From positions 32,001 through 96,000 of the forward strand of contig JAKSOL010000006.1 in the NCBI GenBank assembly GCA_024405635.1: 64,000 bases of DNA, in the 5' to 3' direction. Positions within the stretch are counted from its first letter, which is position 1. Every line of letters begins with the position of its first letter. Under the pieces are notes generated by a model, which was not told the DNA's origin, ran no database searches, and saw nothing but the letters and a program-made list of their open reading frames with translations. The stretch comes from Salinivirgaceae bacterium (lineage in GTDB: Bacteria; Bacteroidota; Bacteroidia; Bacteroidales; SZUA-534). The position numbers were made by a program, and so were the translations under genes. Shown piece by piece: positions 51,324-61,982 of the stretch.

Positions 51324-52367
51324 ATGATTAGCAAATACATTAAACGGATTATTGAGACCGAACTTAAAGACAACAATAAAGTTCGAGTTATTATCCCAAC
51401 ATTTGGTGCACTTTTGGTCGATGGTGATACTAATGGAATTAAAGATATTCGCTTTAATTCATATCTAAAATGGCCCGATGGCGTCATTGTTAACGAAATG
51501 ATTAAGAACGGTGATGTAAAACAAAGTTCAGAAGGCCAAACCATTATCAATAAATTTATTGAAGAAGTAAAACAAACAACCAATAAAGGTGAAGCTTATC
51601 CAATTGCCGATTTGGGCTATTTTACACGCAATCAGCAAGATTTGGTGTTTGTAGTTGGCGAAATGCCAAAAAACAATGCAACCGAAAATGTTGCTGAAGA
51701 AACACCCAAAACTGAGCAACCATTACAAGCAGAAGACTCAGAACAAGCAGAGCAACAAATTGAAATAGAGCCTATGCTTGAACCCGAGCCAGAAGAGACA
51801 ACCGAACAAAAATCGGAGCCAGCAGAAACAACTTCTACCACAAAAAAAGAAACAACAACAATTACAAATAACTATCAGAAAATGGAAATTAAAACAAAAT
51901 CAAACGTTGGCAAAATAGCGGTTATTGTTGCCATAGTAGTAATTCTTGTAGCAACTGCATGGGCTGTTTACAGTTTCGGATTGCTAAACAATCTTTTCAA
52001 ATCAAAAACTGAACCAGCTCCAGTTCAAGAAGTTGTGGTTGATACAATGCCAGCAATTGACACTGTTGCTGTTGATTCGGTTGAAGTTGTTGATGTTGAA
52101 GAGGAAGTGGCAGTTGAAGAACCTACACAAATCGACCCAAATGCTCGCATGTTCTATGTAGTTGCTGGTAGTTTTATGGAGGCTAAATATGCCGAGGCTT
52201 ATAGCCAAAAATTATCTTCTGAAGGCTTTACAACTCGTGTAGTTGTAGGTCGCAGCGGTTTCAACTATGTTACACTTGGTGCATTTGAAACTCGCCCAGA
52301 AGCCGTTTCAATGATGCGCGAACAACGCAACCAGTTTGCTGAGCAACTTTGGATTCTTTATAAATAA
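51324..52367 (+). CDS. HU-like domain + TM helix + SPOR domain protein
   Basis: VIIPTFGA, FN.YLK..DG, IADLGYF; C-terminal YVVAGSF SPOR signature. Confidence 0.8.
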   Translation: MISKYIKRIIETELKDNNKVRVIIPTFGALLVDGDTNGIKDIRFNSYLKWPDGVIVNEMIKNGDVKQSSEGQTIINKFIEEVKQTTNKGEAYPIADLGYFTRNQQDLVFVVGEMPKNNATENVAEETPKTEQPLQAEDSEQAEQQIEIEPMLEPEPEETTEQKSEPAETTSTTKKETTTITNNYQKMEIKTKSNVGKIAVIVAIVVILVATAWAVYSFGLLNNLFKSKTEPAPVQEVVVDTMPAIDTVAVDSVEVVDVEEEVAVEEPTQIDPNARMFYVVAGSFMEAKYAEAYSQKLSSEGFTTRVVVGRSGFNYVTLGAFETRPEAVSMMREQRNQFAEQLWILYK

Positions 52368-52440
52368 ACAACCAAAAGCAAAAACAAAAGGCTGCTTGCT
52401 TTGCGGGCGGCCTTTTCGTTTATAATAACGACTACTCATT

Positions 52441-54357
52441 ATGAACTCGTTTTTGAAAATTGCAGCCGTTTCGCCAACCATCAAAGTGGCCGACTGCCAA
52501 TACAACACCAATTCTATTATCAATAGCCTTTCTAAAGCCGACCAACAAGGTGTACAAATTGCTGTTTTGCCCGAATTGTGCGTTTGTGGCTACACTTGCG
52601 CCGATTTGTTGAGCCAACCTTTCTTTGTAAACAAATGCGCTGAAGCTCTTGGTATAATAGTTGAAAAAACAAAATCATTCAATTTGCTTTCGGCTATAGG
52701 TTTGCCCGTAGCTGTTGACGGTCGTTTATACAACTGTGCCGCTATAATTGGCAAAGGCACCATTTACGGATTGGTTCCCAAAACATATCTGCCAAACTAC
52801 AACGAGTTTTACGAGCAACGTTGGTTCACTGCTGGTCCAAATTTGCAACGCTCTGAAATTGAATTGTGCGGACAAACCGTGCCAATTGGTACCGATTTGC
52901 TATTTGAAACAGGAAACGTGGTGATAGGTGCCGAAATTTGCGAAGACATGTGGGTACCAATTCCACCATCGTCGTTTATGGCACTTGCAGGTGCTAATGT
53001 TTTGATAAACCTATCGGCCAGCAACGAAATGGTTGGCAAAAACGAGTATCGCCGACAATTAATAATGCAACAAAGCGCTCGCAACATTGCAGCATACGTT
53101 TATGCTTCGTCGGGTCAAGGCGAGTCAACAACCGACTTGGTTTTTGGTGGCGCAACTTTCATTGCCGAAAATGGTTCAATATTAGCCGAAGGTGAACGTT
53201 TTACCCACGACGGTTGCATGATTGTTAGCGAAATTGATTTGGATAAACTTCAATCACAACGACTAAAGACTAGCACATTCACCACTCAAATACAAACACC
53301 AACATTCCGCCTTGTTCAAGTTCAAACATTAAATACTCAAGTTGAAAAACTAACGCGCAAATTCAATCCGCATCCATTTATTCCAAACGATGCTCGCAGT
53401 TTGAACGAACGCTGCAGCGAAATTTTCAACATTCAAATATGTGGCCTTGCTCAACGTTTTGTGGCAAGCCATTCAAAATGCGCAGTAGTTGGCATTTCAG
53501 GCGGATTAGACTCAACCTTGGCTTTGCTTGTTGCTGTTGGAGCAATTGACCACCTAAATTTGCCACGCACCAACATTGTAGGCATCACAATGCCTGGATT
53601 TGGTACTACCGGACGAACATACAACAACGCTATAAATATGATGCGCTTTTTGGGTGTTACTATTCGTGAAATTAGCATAGCCGACGCTTGCAATCAGCAT
53701 TTTAAAGACATTAACCTTGACCCATCGGACCGAAGTGTAACTTATGAAAATAGCCAAGCTCGCGAACGTACTCAAATACTGATGGATGTGGCTAACAAAG
53801 AGGGTGGAATGGTGGTTGGCACTGGCGATTTGAGCGAACTTGCACTTGGTTGGGCAACCTACAACGGCGACCACATGAGCATGTATGGTGTAAATGCTAG
53901 TGTGCCCAAAACCCTTGTAAAGCACCTTGTTGAGTGGGCCGCAAACGAACCACAATATGCAGCAGCTCGCGAAACTCTGCTAGACATTATTGACACACCT
54001 ATCAGCCCAGAATTGTTGCCAGCCGATAACGAAGGAAAAATTGCACAAAAAACCGAAGATTTGGTTGGCCCCTATGAACTGCACGACTTTTTCTTATACA
54101 ATTTTCTACGTTTCGGATACTCACCAAAACGCTTATACTCAATGGCTTTGGTAGCTTTTGATGGCAAGTACACTGCCGTTGTTGTAAAAAAATGGTTGCT
54201 AACTTTCCTCCGTCGATTCTTCAACCAACAATTTAAACGCTCGGCTTTACCCGATGGACCAAAAGTTGGTTCGGTTAGTCTTTCGCCTCGTGGAGATTGG
54301 CGCATGCCTAGCGACACAACTGCACAAATGTGGATGAGCGAAATTGAAAACCTATAA
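52441..54357 (+). CDS. nadE: Glutamine-dependent NAD+ synthetase
   Basis: PEL, PKTYLPNY, EICED, SGGLDS, ENSQARER and QQFKRS motifs. Confidence 0.96.
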   Translation: MNSFLKIAAVSPTIKVADCQYNTNSIINSLSKADQQGVQIAVLPELCVCGYTCADLLSQPFFVNKCAEALGIIVEKTKSFNLLSAIGLPVAVDGRLYNCAAIIGKGTIYGLVPKTYLPNYNEFYEQRWFTAGPNLQRSEIELCGQTVPIGTDLLFETGNVVIGAEICEDMWVPIPPSSFMALAGANVLINLSASNEMVGKNEYRRQLIMQQSARNIAAYVYASSGQGESTTDLVFGGATFIAENGSILAEGERFTHDGCMIVSEIDLDKLQSQRLKTSTFTTQIQTPTFRLVQVQTLNTQVEKLTRKFNPHPFIPNDARSLNERCSEIFNIQICGLAQRFVASHSKCAVVGISGGLDSTLALLVAVGAIDHLNLPRTNIVGITMPGFGTTGRTYNNAINMMRFLGVTIREISIADACNQHFKDINLDPSDRSVTYENSQARERTQILMDVANKEGGMVVGTGDLSELALGWATYNGDHMSMYGVNASVPKTLVKHLVEWAANEPQYAAARETLLDIIDTPISPELLPADNEGKIAQKTEDLVGPYELHDFFLYNFLRFGYSPKRLYSMALVAFDGKYTAVVVKKWLLTFLRRFFNQQFKRSALPDGPKVGSVSLSPRGDWRMPSDTTAQMWMSEIENL

Positions 54358-54361
54358 GCCA

Positions 54362-54976
54362 ATGGGAATTGTTGAAATACTTTTTTTGGCCGTAGGACTT
54401 TCAATGGACGCCTTTTCGGTATCGCTATGCAAAGGGCTTAAAATGCCCAAACTGAATATGCGTCATGGTTTGGTTATTGCTCTTTTCTTTGGAATTTTTC
54501 AAGGCGTTATGCCAATAATTGGCTGGTTGTTAGCCGTTAGTTTTGCCGAATATGTTACGTTGGTTGACCATTGGATTGCCTTTGTGCTTTTAACTTACAT
54601 TGGTGGAAAAATGGCTTTTGAATCGTTTAAATCTGATGAAGAAAAGCACTGCGACCACAACTGCGCAGTGTGTAGCCAAACAAATTGCAACATTCTAAAA
54701 CTAGATTACAAAGAACTATTTGTGCTAGCCATTGCTACAAGTATCGATGCTTTGGCTGTTGGTATAACTTTTGCTTTTACGTCAAACATGCCCACAATAC
54801 GAGTTCTTGGAGCATCTGGGTTAATTGCAATCACCACTTTCGCCTTTTCAATAGTTGGTGTAGCCATAGGAAACCGCTTTGGAGTACGCTACAAAAGCAA
54901 AGCCGAATTGGCGGGCGGAATAATACTTATTGGTTTAGGCATTAAAATATTGATAGAAGGACTTTGCGGAAATTAG
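54362..54976 (+). CDS. mntP: Manganese efflux pump MntP family
   Basis: LSMDAF and ATSIDALAVG repeats; AELAGG.ILI. Confidence 0.9.
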   Translation: MGIVEILFLAVGLSMDAFSVSLCKGLKMPKLNMRHGLVIALFFGIFQGVMPIIGWLLAVSFAEYVTLVDHWIAFVLLTYIGGKMAFESFKSDEEKHCDHNCAVCSQTNCNILKLDYKELFVLAIATSIDALAVGITFAFTSNMPTIRVLGASGLIAITTFAFSIVGVAIGNRFGVRYKSKAELAGGIILIGLGIKILIEGLCGN

Positions 54977-55023
54977 TACACCGCCAAATCAAAACAACGA
55001 ATAACCAAAACAATAAACCCAAT

Positions 55024-55713
55024 ATGAGTTTAATAGTAATTGAAGGCCTTGATGGCGCAGGAAAATCAACACAATTAAAACTACTTCGCCAATATCTTGA
55101 CGAAAAAGGACAACCATTTGAATATCTTCACTTTCCTCGTGTTGATAACGGAATTTTTGGCGACCTTGTTTCTCGTTTTCTACGTGGCGATTTGGGCGCA
55201 AACAACCAAGTTAACCCTTACCTTGTAGGCTTAATATACGCAGGCGATCGTAACGATGCTCAATCAACAATCAGACAATGGCAAAACGAAGGAAAACTGG
55301 TAATTATTGACCGTTACATATATTCAAACATGGCTTATCAGGGTGCAAAACTGAAAACAGTAGAGGAGAAGCAACAACTTCGCCAATGGATAAACAACCT
55401 TGAGTATGGTTACTACAACATTCCGCAACCCGATTTGAGTTTATTCCTCGATGTGCCATTTTCATTCACCCGACGCAGTTTAGAATCGGTTCGTACTGGC
55501 GACGATAGAGCTTATCTTGCTGGTAAACAAGACATTCACGAGGCAGATCTTAACTTTCAAGAAACTGTGCGTCAAGAATACTTGGACCTAATTCGCACCG
55601 AAAACAAGTTTGAGTTGATTGAGTGCTTTGATGACAACAACAACATGTTGACTCCAGACACTATTTTCGACAAAATTGTTGATAAACTAACATCATATAA
55701 CATTTGTAAATAA
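55024..55713 (+). CDS. tmk: Thymidylate kinase
   Basis: IEGLDGAGKST, DRY..SN.AYQ and DIHE motifs. Confidence 0.92.
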   Translation: MSLIVIEGLDGAGKSTQLKLLRQYLDEKGQPFEYLHFPRVDNGIFGDLVSRFLRGDLGANNQVNPYLVGLIYAGDRNDAQSTIRQWQNEGKLVIIDRYIYSNMAYQGAKLKTVEEKQQLRQWINNLEYGYYNIPQPDLSLFLDVPFSFTRRSLESVRTGDDRAYLAGKQDIHEADLNFQETVRQEYLDLIRTENKFELIECFDDNNNMLTPDTIFDKIVDKLTSYNICK

Positions 55714-55719
55714 TTGAAT

Positions 55720-56961
55720 ATGAAACCAATAACAAGGAATATTCTACTAGTTTGCCGCATCGTTCTTGGCGTAACTTTCATCTTTTCGGGATTTGTAAAA
55801 GCTGTCGATCCGCTTGGTAGTACATACAAATTTGTCGATTACTTCAACGCTTTCAACATTGGTTGGGCAAGCGGTTTGGCTTTAACATTGTCGTTTTTGC
55901 AGTCGGCTGCCGAATTTGTTGTTGGAGTGGCAATTTTGTTCAATCTGCTCATGCGCTATAGTTCGGTAATTGCGTTGGCTTTTATGGTAATTTTTACACC
56001 ACTCACGCTTTACATTGCCATTTTTAATCCCGTTCACGATTGCGGTTGCTTTGGCGAAGCTTTGGTTATAACCAACTGGCACACTTTTTTCAAAAACATA
56101 GTTCTGCTTGCAGCTGCAATAATCATTTATCTGTATAGGAACAAAACCGATAATAAATACTCAAACGTTTGGCAGTCAGCGTTTTGCATTATAGCCACAT
56201 TTGCCATTTCGATTTTTGAGGTTCACTCGTACCATCACACTCAAGTGCTCGATTTTCGTGCATTTAAAGTTGGTTCGTCAATTCCCGACAAAATGAGCAT
56301 TCCATCTGATGCGCCAACCGATGTTTGGGAAAGTTCGTTTGTTTATCAAAAAGATGGCAAGAAACAAGAGTTTTTGCTTACAAATTTGCCCGATAGCACA
56401 TGGGAATTTGTTGAAGCCAAACACAAACTTATAAGCAAAGGCTACGAGCCTCCAATTACCGATTTTACAATAACAACACTTGAGGGCGACGACATAACCG
56501 ACAATATTCTGCAAAGTTCAAACTACACATTCTTATTGGTGGCTTATAATTTGGACAAAACCGAATTATCGTGCTACAATCGCATGAACCAAATATCGTC
56601 TGTAGCACAATCGCAAGGCTATACATTTATAATGTTAACCGCATCAACCGACGAGGCAATTGAGCGTTTTGTTGAAGCTGCCAACCCCAATTTTGGCATC
56701 TGTGTTGCCGACGAAACAATGCTAAAAACCATTGTTCGTTCAAATCCAGGACTAATGATTCTTCGCGACGGCGTTATAGTTGGAAAATGGAATTGGCGCG
56801 ATGTGCCACAAACCAAATTCTTTGAGGGCAATATTCTTGCAAATAGTATGGAACAGCAACGCCAAAAGGCTGCTAATTTTTACACTTGGGCGCTAATCTT
56901 ATTGTTTGCTTTTATCGCTTGCATTTGCTTACTTGCGGCAAATAATAAAAAAGATAAATAA
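55720..56961 (+). CDS. DoxX/MauE + thioredoxin-like membrane protein (BT_3928 type)
   Basis: FSGFVKAVDP, DCGCFG and LKTIVRSNPG motifs; next to tpiA. Confidence 0.85.
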   Translation: MKPITRNILLVCRIVLGVTFIFSGFVKAVDPLGSTYKFVDYFNAFNIGWASGLALTLSFLQSAAEFVVGVAILFNLLMRYSSVIALAFMVIFTPLTLYIAIFNPVHDCGCFGEALVITNWHTFFKNIVLLAAAIIIYLYRNKTDNKYSNVWQSAFCIIATFAISIFEVHSYHHTQVLDFRAFKVGSSIPDKMSIPSDAPTDVWESSFVYQKDGKKQEFLLTNLPDSTWEFVEAKHKLISKGYEPPITDFTITTLEGDDITDNILQSSNYTFLLVAYNLDKTELSCYNRMNQISSVAQSQGYTFIMLTASTDEAIERFVEAANPNFGICVADETMLKTIVRSNPGLMILRDGVIVGKWNWRDVPQTKFFEGNILANSMEQQRQKAANFYTWALILLFAFIACICLLAANNKKDK

Positions 56962-57002
56962 TAGTTTAACTACTTATAAATCAATATTTAATAAAACACG
57001 TT

Positions 57003-57758
57003 ATGAGAAAAAAAATTGTTGCAGGCAACTGGAAAATGAATACCACCCTGCAAGAAGGTGTTGCTTTGGCAAACGACTTGAAAAATGCATTGGCTGGTAA
57101 AACAGTAAACTGCGATGTTGTAGTATGCACTCCTTACATTTCAGTAGCTGCAGTTGCTGAAACTGTAAAAGGTTCAGTAATTGGTGTTGGTGCTGAAGAT
57201 TGCTCAGCAAACGACAAAGGTGCTTACACTGGTGAAGTTTCAGCAAGCATGGTTGCATCAACTGGTGCAAAATATGTAATCTTGGGACACTCTGAGCGTC
57301 GTCAATATCATGGTGAGAACAACGAGATTCTTATCAAAAAACTTAACCAAGCAATTGCAAACGGCTTAACTCCAATCTTCTGCGTAGGTGAGGTTAAAGA
57401 GGAGCGCGAGTCTAACACCTTCAAATCAGTTATCGAAGGTCAAATGGCTGCAATCTACACTCTTTCAGCTGCTGATTTTGCAAAATGCGTTATCGCTTAC
57501 GAGCCAGTTTGGGCTATCGGTACCGGTTTGACCGCTACTAGCGAGCAAGCACAAGAGGTTCACGCTTTCATTCGTGCTTCAATTGCTGCTAAATACGATG
57601 CTGCAACAGCTGACAACACTTCAATCCTTTACGGTGGTTCATGCAAAGGTAGCAACGCTCCTGAGTTGTTTGCTCAACCTGACATCGACGGTGGTTTGAT
57701 TGGTGGTGCTGCTCTTAAAGCTGACACATTTATGCCAATCATCGAGGCTTGGAAGTAA
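57003..57758 (+). CDS. tpiA: Triosephosphate isomerase
   Basis: [24 protein letters not shown] and LYGGS motifs. Confidence 0.98.
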   Translation: MRKKIVAGNWKMNTTLQEGVALANDLKNALAGKTVNCDVVVCTPYISVAAVAETVKGSVIGVGAEDCSANDKGAYTGEVSASMVASTGAKYVILGHSERRQYHGENNEILIKKLNQAIANGLTPIFCVGEVKEERESNTFKSVIEGQMAAIYTLSAADFAKCVIAYEPVWAIGTGLTATSEQAQEVHAFIRASIAAKYDAATADNTSILYGGSCKGSNAPELFAQPDIDGGLIGGAALKADTFMPIIEAWK

Positions 57759-57778
57759 TATTCACGTAGCTTTATAAT

Positions 57779-57821
57779 AAATAAGCGTGCATCTCTTTTT
57801 GAAATGCACGCTTATTTTTTT
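57779..57821. terminator. Bidirectional intrinsic terminator
   Basis: aaataagcgtgcat...atgcacgcttattttttt between convergent tpiA and map. Confidence 0.88.
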
Positions 57822-57843
57822 GTCCTATAAAATAGGTGATTTA

Positions 57844-58620
57844 TTAAGTAATAGGGTATTCGTCGTGAATGTCGGACAAAACCTCGTAACCGGTTTCGGT
57901 AACAAGAATGGTATGCTCAAATTGAGTTGAAAGTTTTCCATCAATTGAGCGAGCGGTCCAACCGTCGTTTGAGTCAATCACAACGCGCGATTTGCCGGCG
58001 TTAATCATTGGCTCAATGGTAAAAATCATGCCTGGACGCATTTTGTAGCCGCTGTTTTTGCGTGCAATGTGGTCAATTTGAGGTTCCTCGTGAAATTCAA
58101 CTCCAACACCATGTCCACAAAATTCCCAAACTACACTATAACCTTTAGCTTGAGCATATCGGGCTATAAAAAAGCCAATGTTGCCGGTCATATTGTCGGG
58201 TCTAACTTGCTCAATGCCCAAATCTAAACAGTGTTTTGTTGCCTCAATTTGCTTGCGAGCTTTTTCCGAAATTTCACCAACTGCATACATTCTACTAGTG
58301 TCGCCATAATAACCATTCAAAATGGTGGTAACATCAATGTTAATCACGTCACCTTCTTTCAAAATAGTGTTGGGCGAGGGTATTCCGTGACAAACAACTT
58401 CGTTTGGCGAAATGCAAGTGTATTTTGGATAACCGCTATATCCTAAACAAGCTGAAATTGCGTGATTATCAGCAATATATTCAGCAATTATATTGTCAAG
58501 ATATTCGGTATTTACACCTGGTTTTACGTATGGTTCAATAATATCGAGGCACGAAGCTGCCAGTTTTGCGCTTTTTCTGATGCCTTCAATCTGTTCGGCA
58601 TTCTTTATTAAAATTGACAT
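57844..58620 (-). CDS. map: Methionine aminopeptidase type I
   Basis: CHGIP, IDV, GDTS, GHGVG..FHE, FTIEPM and QFEHT motifs. Confidence 0.96.
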   Translation of the reverse strand: MSILIKNAEQIEGIRKSAKLAASCLDIIEPYVKPGVNTEYLDNIIAEYIADNHAISACLGYSGYPKYTCISPNEVVCHGIPSPNTILKEGDVINIDVTTILNGYYGDTSRMYAVGEISEKARKQIEATKHCLDLGIEQVRPDNMTGNIGFFIARYAQAKGYSVVWEFCGHGVGVEFHEEPQIDHIARKNSGYKMRPGMIFTIEPMINAGKSRVVIDSNDGWTARSIDGKLSTQFEHTILVTETGYEVLSDIHDEYPIT

Positions 58621-58643
58621 GTTGGTTTTTGTTTTTAATAACG

Positions 58644-58651
58644 CAAATGTA
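58644..58651 (-). promoter_or_regulatory. -7 promoter element for map
   Basis: TACATTTG on the minus strand. Confidence 0.55.
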
Positions 58652-58706
58652 GGCAAGTCTGCTCAATTATTACCAATAAAGAGTGTAAAAGGTTGGTTTA
58701 TTGCAC

Positions 58707-58741
58707 AAAAAAAGCGGAATTCGATATTGAACTCCGCTTTT
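58707..58741 (-). terminator. Terminator after the porin gene
   Basis: aaaaaaagcggaattcga..ttgaactccgctttt. Confidence 0.75.
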
Positions 58742-58764
58742 ATATTGGTTTATAAATCAGTTGT

Positions 58765-59925
58765 TTAGAAGTAGAATTGCAAACGGCCTTGAATCATGTG
58801 TAAACCTTTGTCGCAAGCAACAGGATTAACTACAGTAGCATGGTCGTCGTTAGCTTTAGCATAAATGTAGTTCAAGCGAGCGTTGATGAATTTGTTAAAG
58901 AAGTAGTTAACCCCCAAGGTGATATCGAATTGGCTTGCTTTAATTTCTTTAGCATCTTCAAGAGCGCTTTCATATTCTTTTAAGCTTACAAAATCAACAC
59001 GAGCAAGAACCTCAAGAGTTTTAGCTCCAGAGTTTGCAGCCAATGCGGTGCTCTTGTTATAGTTTTGTTTTTCGCCAATCAAAATGTACGATGCTTGAGC
59101 AAAAGCACCCGACAAGGTTGTGTTGTTTTCAGAACCTGCAACGTTTACAAATGCGCTTTGGAAACGAGCCTCGGTGTAAAGTTTACCGCTGATAAACAAA
59201 GCCTCAGCCTCAATACGGTTAACATTTGAAGCATCTGCAGCAGTAATTGAAATTAAAGAGCTGCTACCCAATGTGCTTGGGAACTTTGACGCCATTGAAA
59301 CTGCGTTGTATTTGTTGCGAGTGTACATTGGAGCTACACCAAATTGAAGAACTTGGTCGTCGCTCAAAATAGGACGAACAATAGCTTTAGCACTTAATGA
59401 TACACCTTTGTTCATTCCATCTTGATCAGCACTTGCGTCAGAGAACAAACCAGCACGCAACAACAATAAGTCGCTTGAGTAGGTGTATAATGCACCTAAT
59501 TTACGTGCAGGGCAAAGAACATTATCAATTGAAGCATCTTCAATGAATTTGTAAGCTGTGCCAGCAATCTTCAAACCAAAAGGTTGGAATTGGTTACCAA
59601 CGCTTATTGAGTGTGCATCATTAATCTTGTAACCCATTGTTACATCGCGGAAACTGATTGTTGAATTTTTAGCAAATTGAAGTTCAACTTTAGTTGTCCA
59701 TTTTTCGTCAAACGATGCGGTAAAACCAAAACGAGTGTCGTTAACACCAACACCTCGGCGAGTGTCGCCCAAAGTTGTTGTGTCGTTTAAAAATGTTCCA
59801 GCATCAATGTGGGTACGTCCAGCAAAGCGAATTGTAATGTCGCCAGCATCTGACTTAACTTTTACTTGTGCGTTTGCGCACATTGCAGCAACCATCAAAG
59901 CCACTGCCATAATCAATTTTCTCAT
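58765..59925 (-). CDS. Porin, OprO/OprP (phosphate-selective)-like
   Basis: Signal peptide; GR..D, GN..QPFGL, TLGVNY and C-terminal RLQFYF. Confidence 0.75.
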   Translation of the reverse strand: MRKLIMAVALMVAAMCANAQVKVKSDAGDITIRFAGRTHIDAGTFLNDTTTLGDTRRGVGVNDTRFGFTASFDEKWTTKVELQFAKNSTISFRDVTMGYKINDAHSISVGNQFQPFGLKIAGTAYKFIEDASIDNVLCPARKLGALYTYSSDLLLLRAGLFSDASADQDGMNKGVSLSAKAIVRPILSDDQVLQFGVAPMYTRNKYNAVSMASKFPSTLGSSSLISITAADASNVNRIEAEALFISGKLYTEARFQSAFVNVAGSENNTTLSGAFAQASYILIGEKQNYNKSTALAANSGAKTLEVLARVDFVSLKEYESALEDAKEIKASQFDITLGVNYFFNKFINARLNYIYAKANDDHATVVNPVACDKGLHMIQGRLQFYF

Positions 59926-60154
59926 TGTTATTTATTATTTAGAATTCCATTTTTTGGGGGTGCAAAATTGAGGCTTTTTTATGAAAATCTATCAATAAAA
60001 TGCACACTATTTAAAAGATTGGTAGGTGGTAAAAAAGAGTATCCCAAAGCTATGTGATTGATATTAAAAACTAATGAAAGTGCTATAAACAACGAATAAC
60101 AAAAACTATCGGCAAACTTTCGCTAAATTCGCCTCAAACTAAATAAACACGAAA

Positions 60155-60973
60155 ATGGAACGTAAATGGCAGACTATCAAAGAGTATGAAGATATTCTAT
60201 TTGAATATTTTGAGGGAATTGCAAAAATAACAATCAACCGACCAGAGGTTCGCAACGCTTTTCGTCCACAAACTGTTATGGAAATGTGCGAGGCAATGGA
60301 AATTTGTCGCAACGACGAAAACATTGGTTGTGTGGTGCTTACCGGTGCGGGCGACAAAGCATTTTGCAGCGGTGGTGACCAACGTGTGAAAGGCCGTGCT
60401 GGCTATGTTGGCAACGATGGAATTCCTCGTCTGAATGTGCTTGAATTACAGAAACTTATACGTTATTTACCAAAACCTGTTGTGGCTATGGTTAATGGTT
60501 ACGCCATTGGCGGTGGTCATGTGTTGCACTTGGTTTGCGACCTTTCAATTGCATCCGACAATGCTTTTTTTGGTCAAACGGGACCTAAAGTTGGCAGTTT
60601 TGACGGAGGTTTTGGCTCATCATATTTAGCTCGAATTGTGGGACAAAAAAAGGCTCGCGAAATTTGGTTCCTTTGTCGCCAATATTCAGCTGCCGAGGCT
60701 TTAGATATGGGTTTGGTTAACAAGGTTGTGCCTTTTGACAAACTTGAAGACGAAGTGGTGGAATGGTGCCAAATAATGTTAGAGCGTTCGCCAATGGCTT
60801 TGCGTATGATTAAAGCAGGTTTGAATGCCGAACTCGACGGACAAGTTGGTATTCAACAACTTGCAGGCGATTGCACCTTGTTGTTCTACCAAACCGATGA
60901 GGCGCAAGAAGGAAAAAATGCGTTTCTTGAAAAACGTAAACCCGATTTTAGCAAATACAAACGCTTGCCATAA
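60155..60973 (+). CDS. menB: 1,4-dihydroxy-2-naphthoyl-CoA synthase
   Basis: [14 protein letters not shown] and [12 protein letters not shown] motifs. Confidence 0.97.
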   Translation: MERKWQTIKEYEDILFEYFEGIAKITINRPEVRNAFRPQTVMEMCEAMEICRNDENIGCVVLTGAGDKAFCSGGDQRVKGRAGYVGNDGIPRLNVLELQKLIRYLPKPVVAMVNGYAIGGGHVLHLVCDLSIASDNAFFGQTGPKVGSFDGGFGSSYLARIVGQKKAREIWFLCRQYSAAEALDMGLVNKVVPFDKLEDEVVEWCQIMLERSPMALRMIKAGLNAELDGQVGIQQLAGDCTLLFYQTDEAQEGKNAFLEKRKPDFSKYKRLP

Positions 60974-61014
60974 AAACAGGCCAATGTGTGGTTTTTGTTG
61001 CAAACAAACAGAAC

Positions 61015-61926
61015 ATGAATAAGAAAAAAACTAAAGCGTGGATTGAGGCTGCTCGTTTGCGAACATTGCCGCTATCCATTTCGGGTATTTTAGCAGGTAG
61101 CGCCGTTGCTTGGCATCATAATTTGATGAGCATAAGCGTGTTTGTGCTTTTGTTACTTACAACAATTGCGTTGCAAGTTCTTTCAAATATGGCAAATGAC
61201 CTTGGCGACTATCAACATGGTGCCGATACCGAAGAACGTGTTGGCCCACAACGAGGTTTGCAAGGAGGAGTATTGAGCGAAAAAGAGATGCGCATCGGCG
61301 TTATAGTTTGTGCAATTGTGTCGTTTTTGGTTGGCGTTGCAATGCTTGCTGCCGCATTTATTCCTAAAAACGAGTGGATTTTCTTCGGTTGCTTTGTTGC
61401 TTTTGGCATTCTTACAATTATTGCTGCACTAAAATATACAATGGGCAAAAATCCCTACGGATACAGCGGCAAAGGCGACCTTATGGTGTTCATTTTCTTT
61501 GGGTTAGCAACCGTTGCAGGATCGTACATAATACACTCTGCCAGTTTAAACCTTTTACCAGCTTTGTTCCCCGCCATCAGCATTGGATTGTTTAGTATGG
61601 GCGTGCTGAACGTCAACAACTTACGCGATAACGAGAGCGACAAAAAAACAGGCAAAAACACGCAAATAGTAAAACATGGTGTTTCTTATGGACAGCGTTA
61701 CCACTTGTTTCTTTGCGTTGGCGGAATTGCAAGCATGGCAGTTTATTTTGTTGCTATTCAGCAATTTTGGGGCTTAGCATGGATAGCCGTTCCTTCGTTT
61801 ATTATTCTCAAACACGCACTTCGCATATTCAATGCAAAAGAGATTAAAGCTATTGATCCTGAGCTAAAAAAACTATCACTAAGCACTTTGCTGATGGCTA
61901 TACTAATGTGGTGCGCGCTGATTTAA
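61015..61926 (+). CDS. menA: DHNA polyprenyltransferase
   Basis: RLRTLP, NMANDLGD, PYGY.G.GD and NNLRD..SD..GK.T motifs. Confidence 0.93.
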   Translation: MNKKKTKAWIEAARLRTLPLSISGILAGSAVAWHHNLMSISVFVLLLLTTIALQVLSNMANDLGDYQHGADTEERVGPQRGLQGGVLSEKEMRIGVIVCAIVSFLVGVAMLAAAFIPKNEWIFFGCFVAFGILTIIAALKYTMGKNPYGYSGKGDLMVFIFFGLATVAGSYIIHSASLNLLPALFPAISIGLFSMGVLNVNNLRDNESDKKTGKNTQIVKHGVSYGQRYHLFLCVGGIASMAVYFVAIQQFWGLAWIAVPSFIILKHALRIFNAKEIKAIDPELKKLSLSTLLMAILMWCALI

Positions 61927-61982
61927 GCGTTACGTCATAATTTGCTGATTATTAACCAATAACAACACGCAACTAAAATACT

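Noticed and set aside
52416-52431. TCGTT-N6-AACGA palindrome before nadE as an NrtR site
   Set aside because: GT-AC spacing is 8 nt rather than the 7 nt I recall for NrtR boxes, and no regulator gene is nearby.
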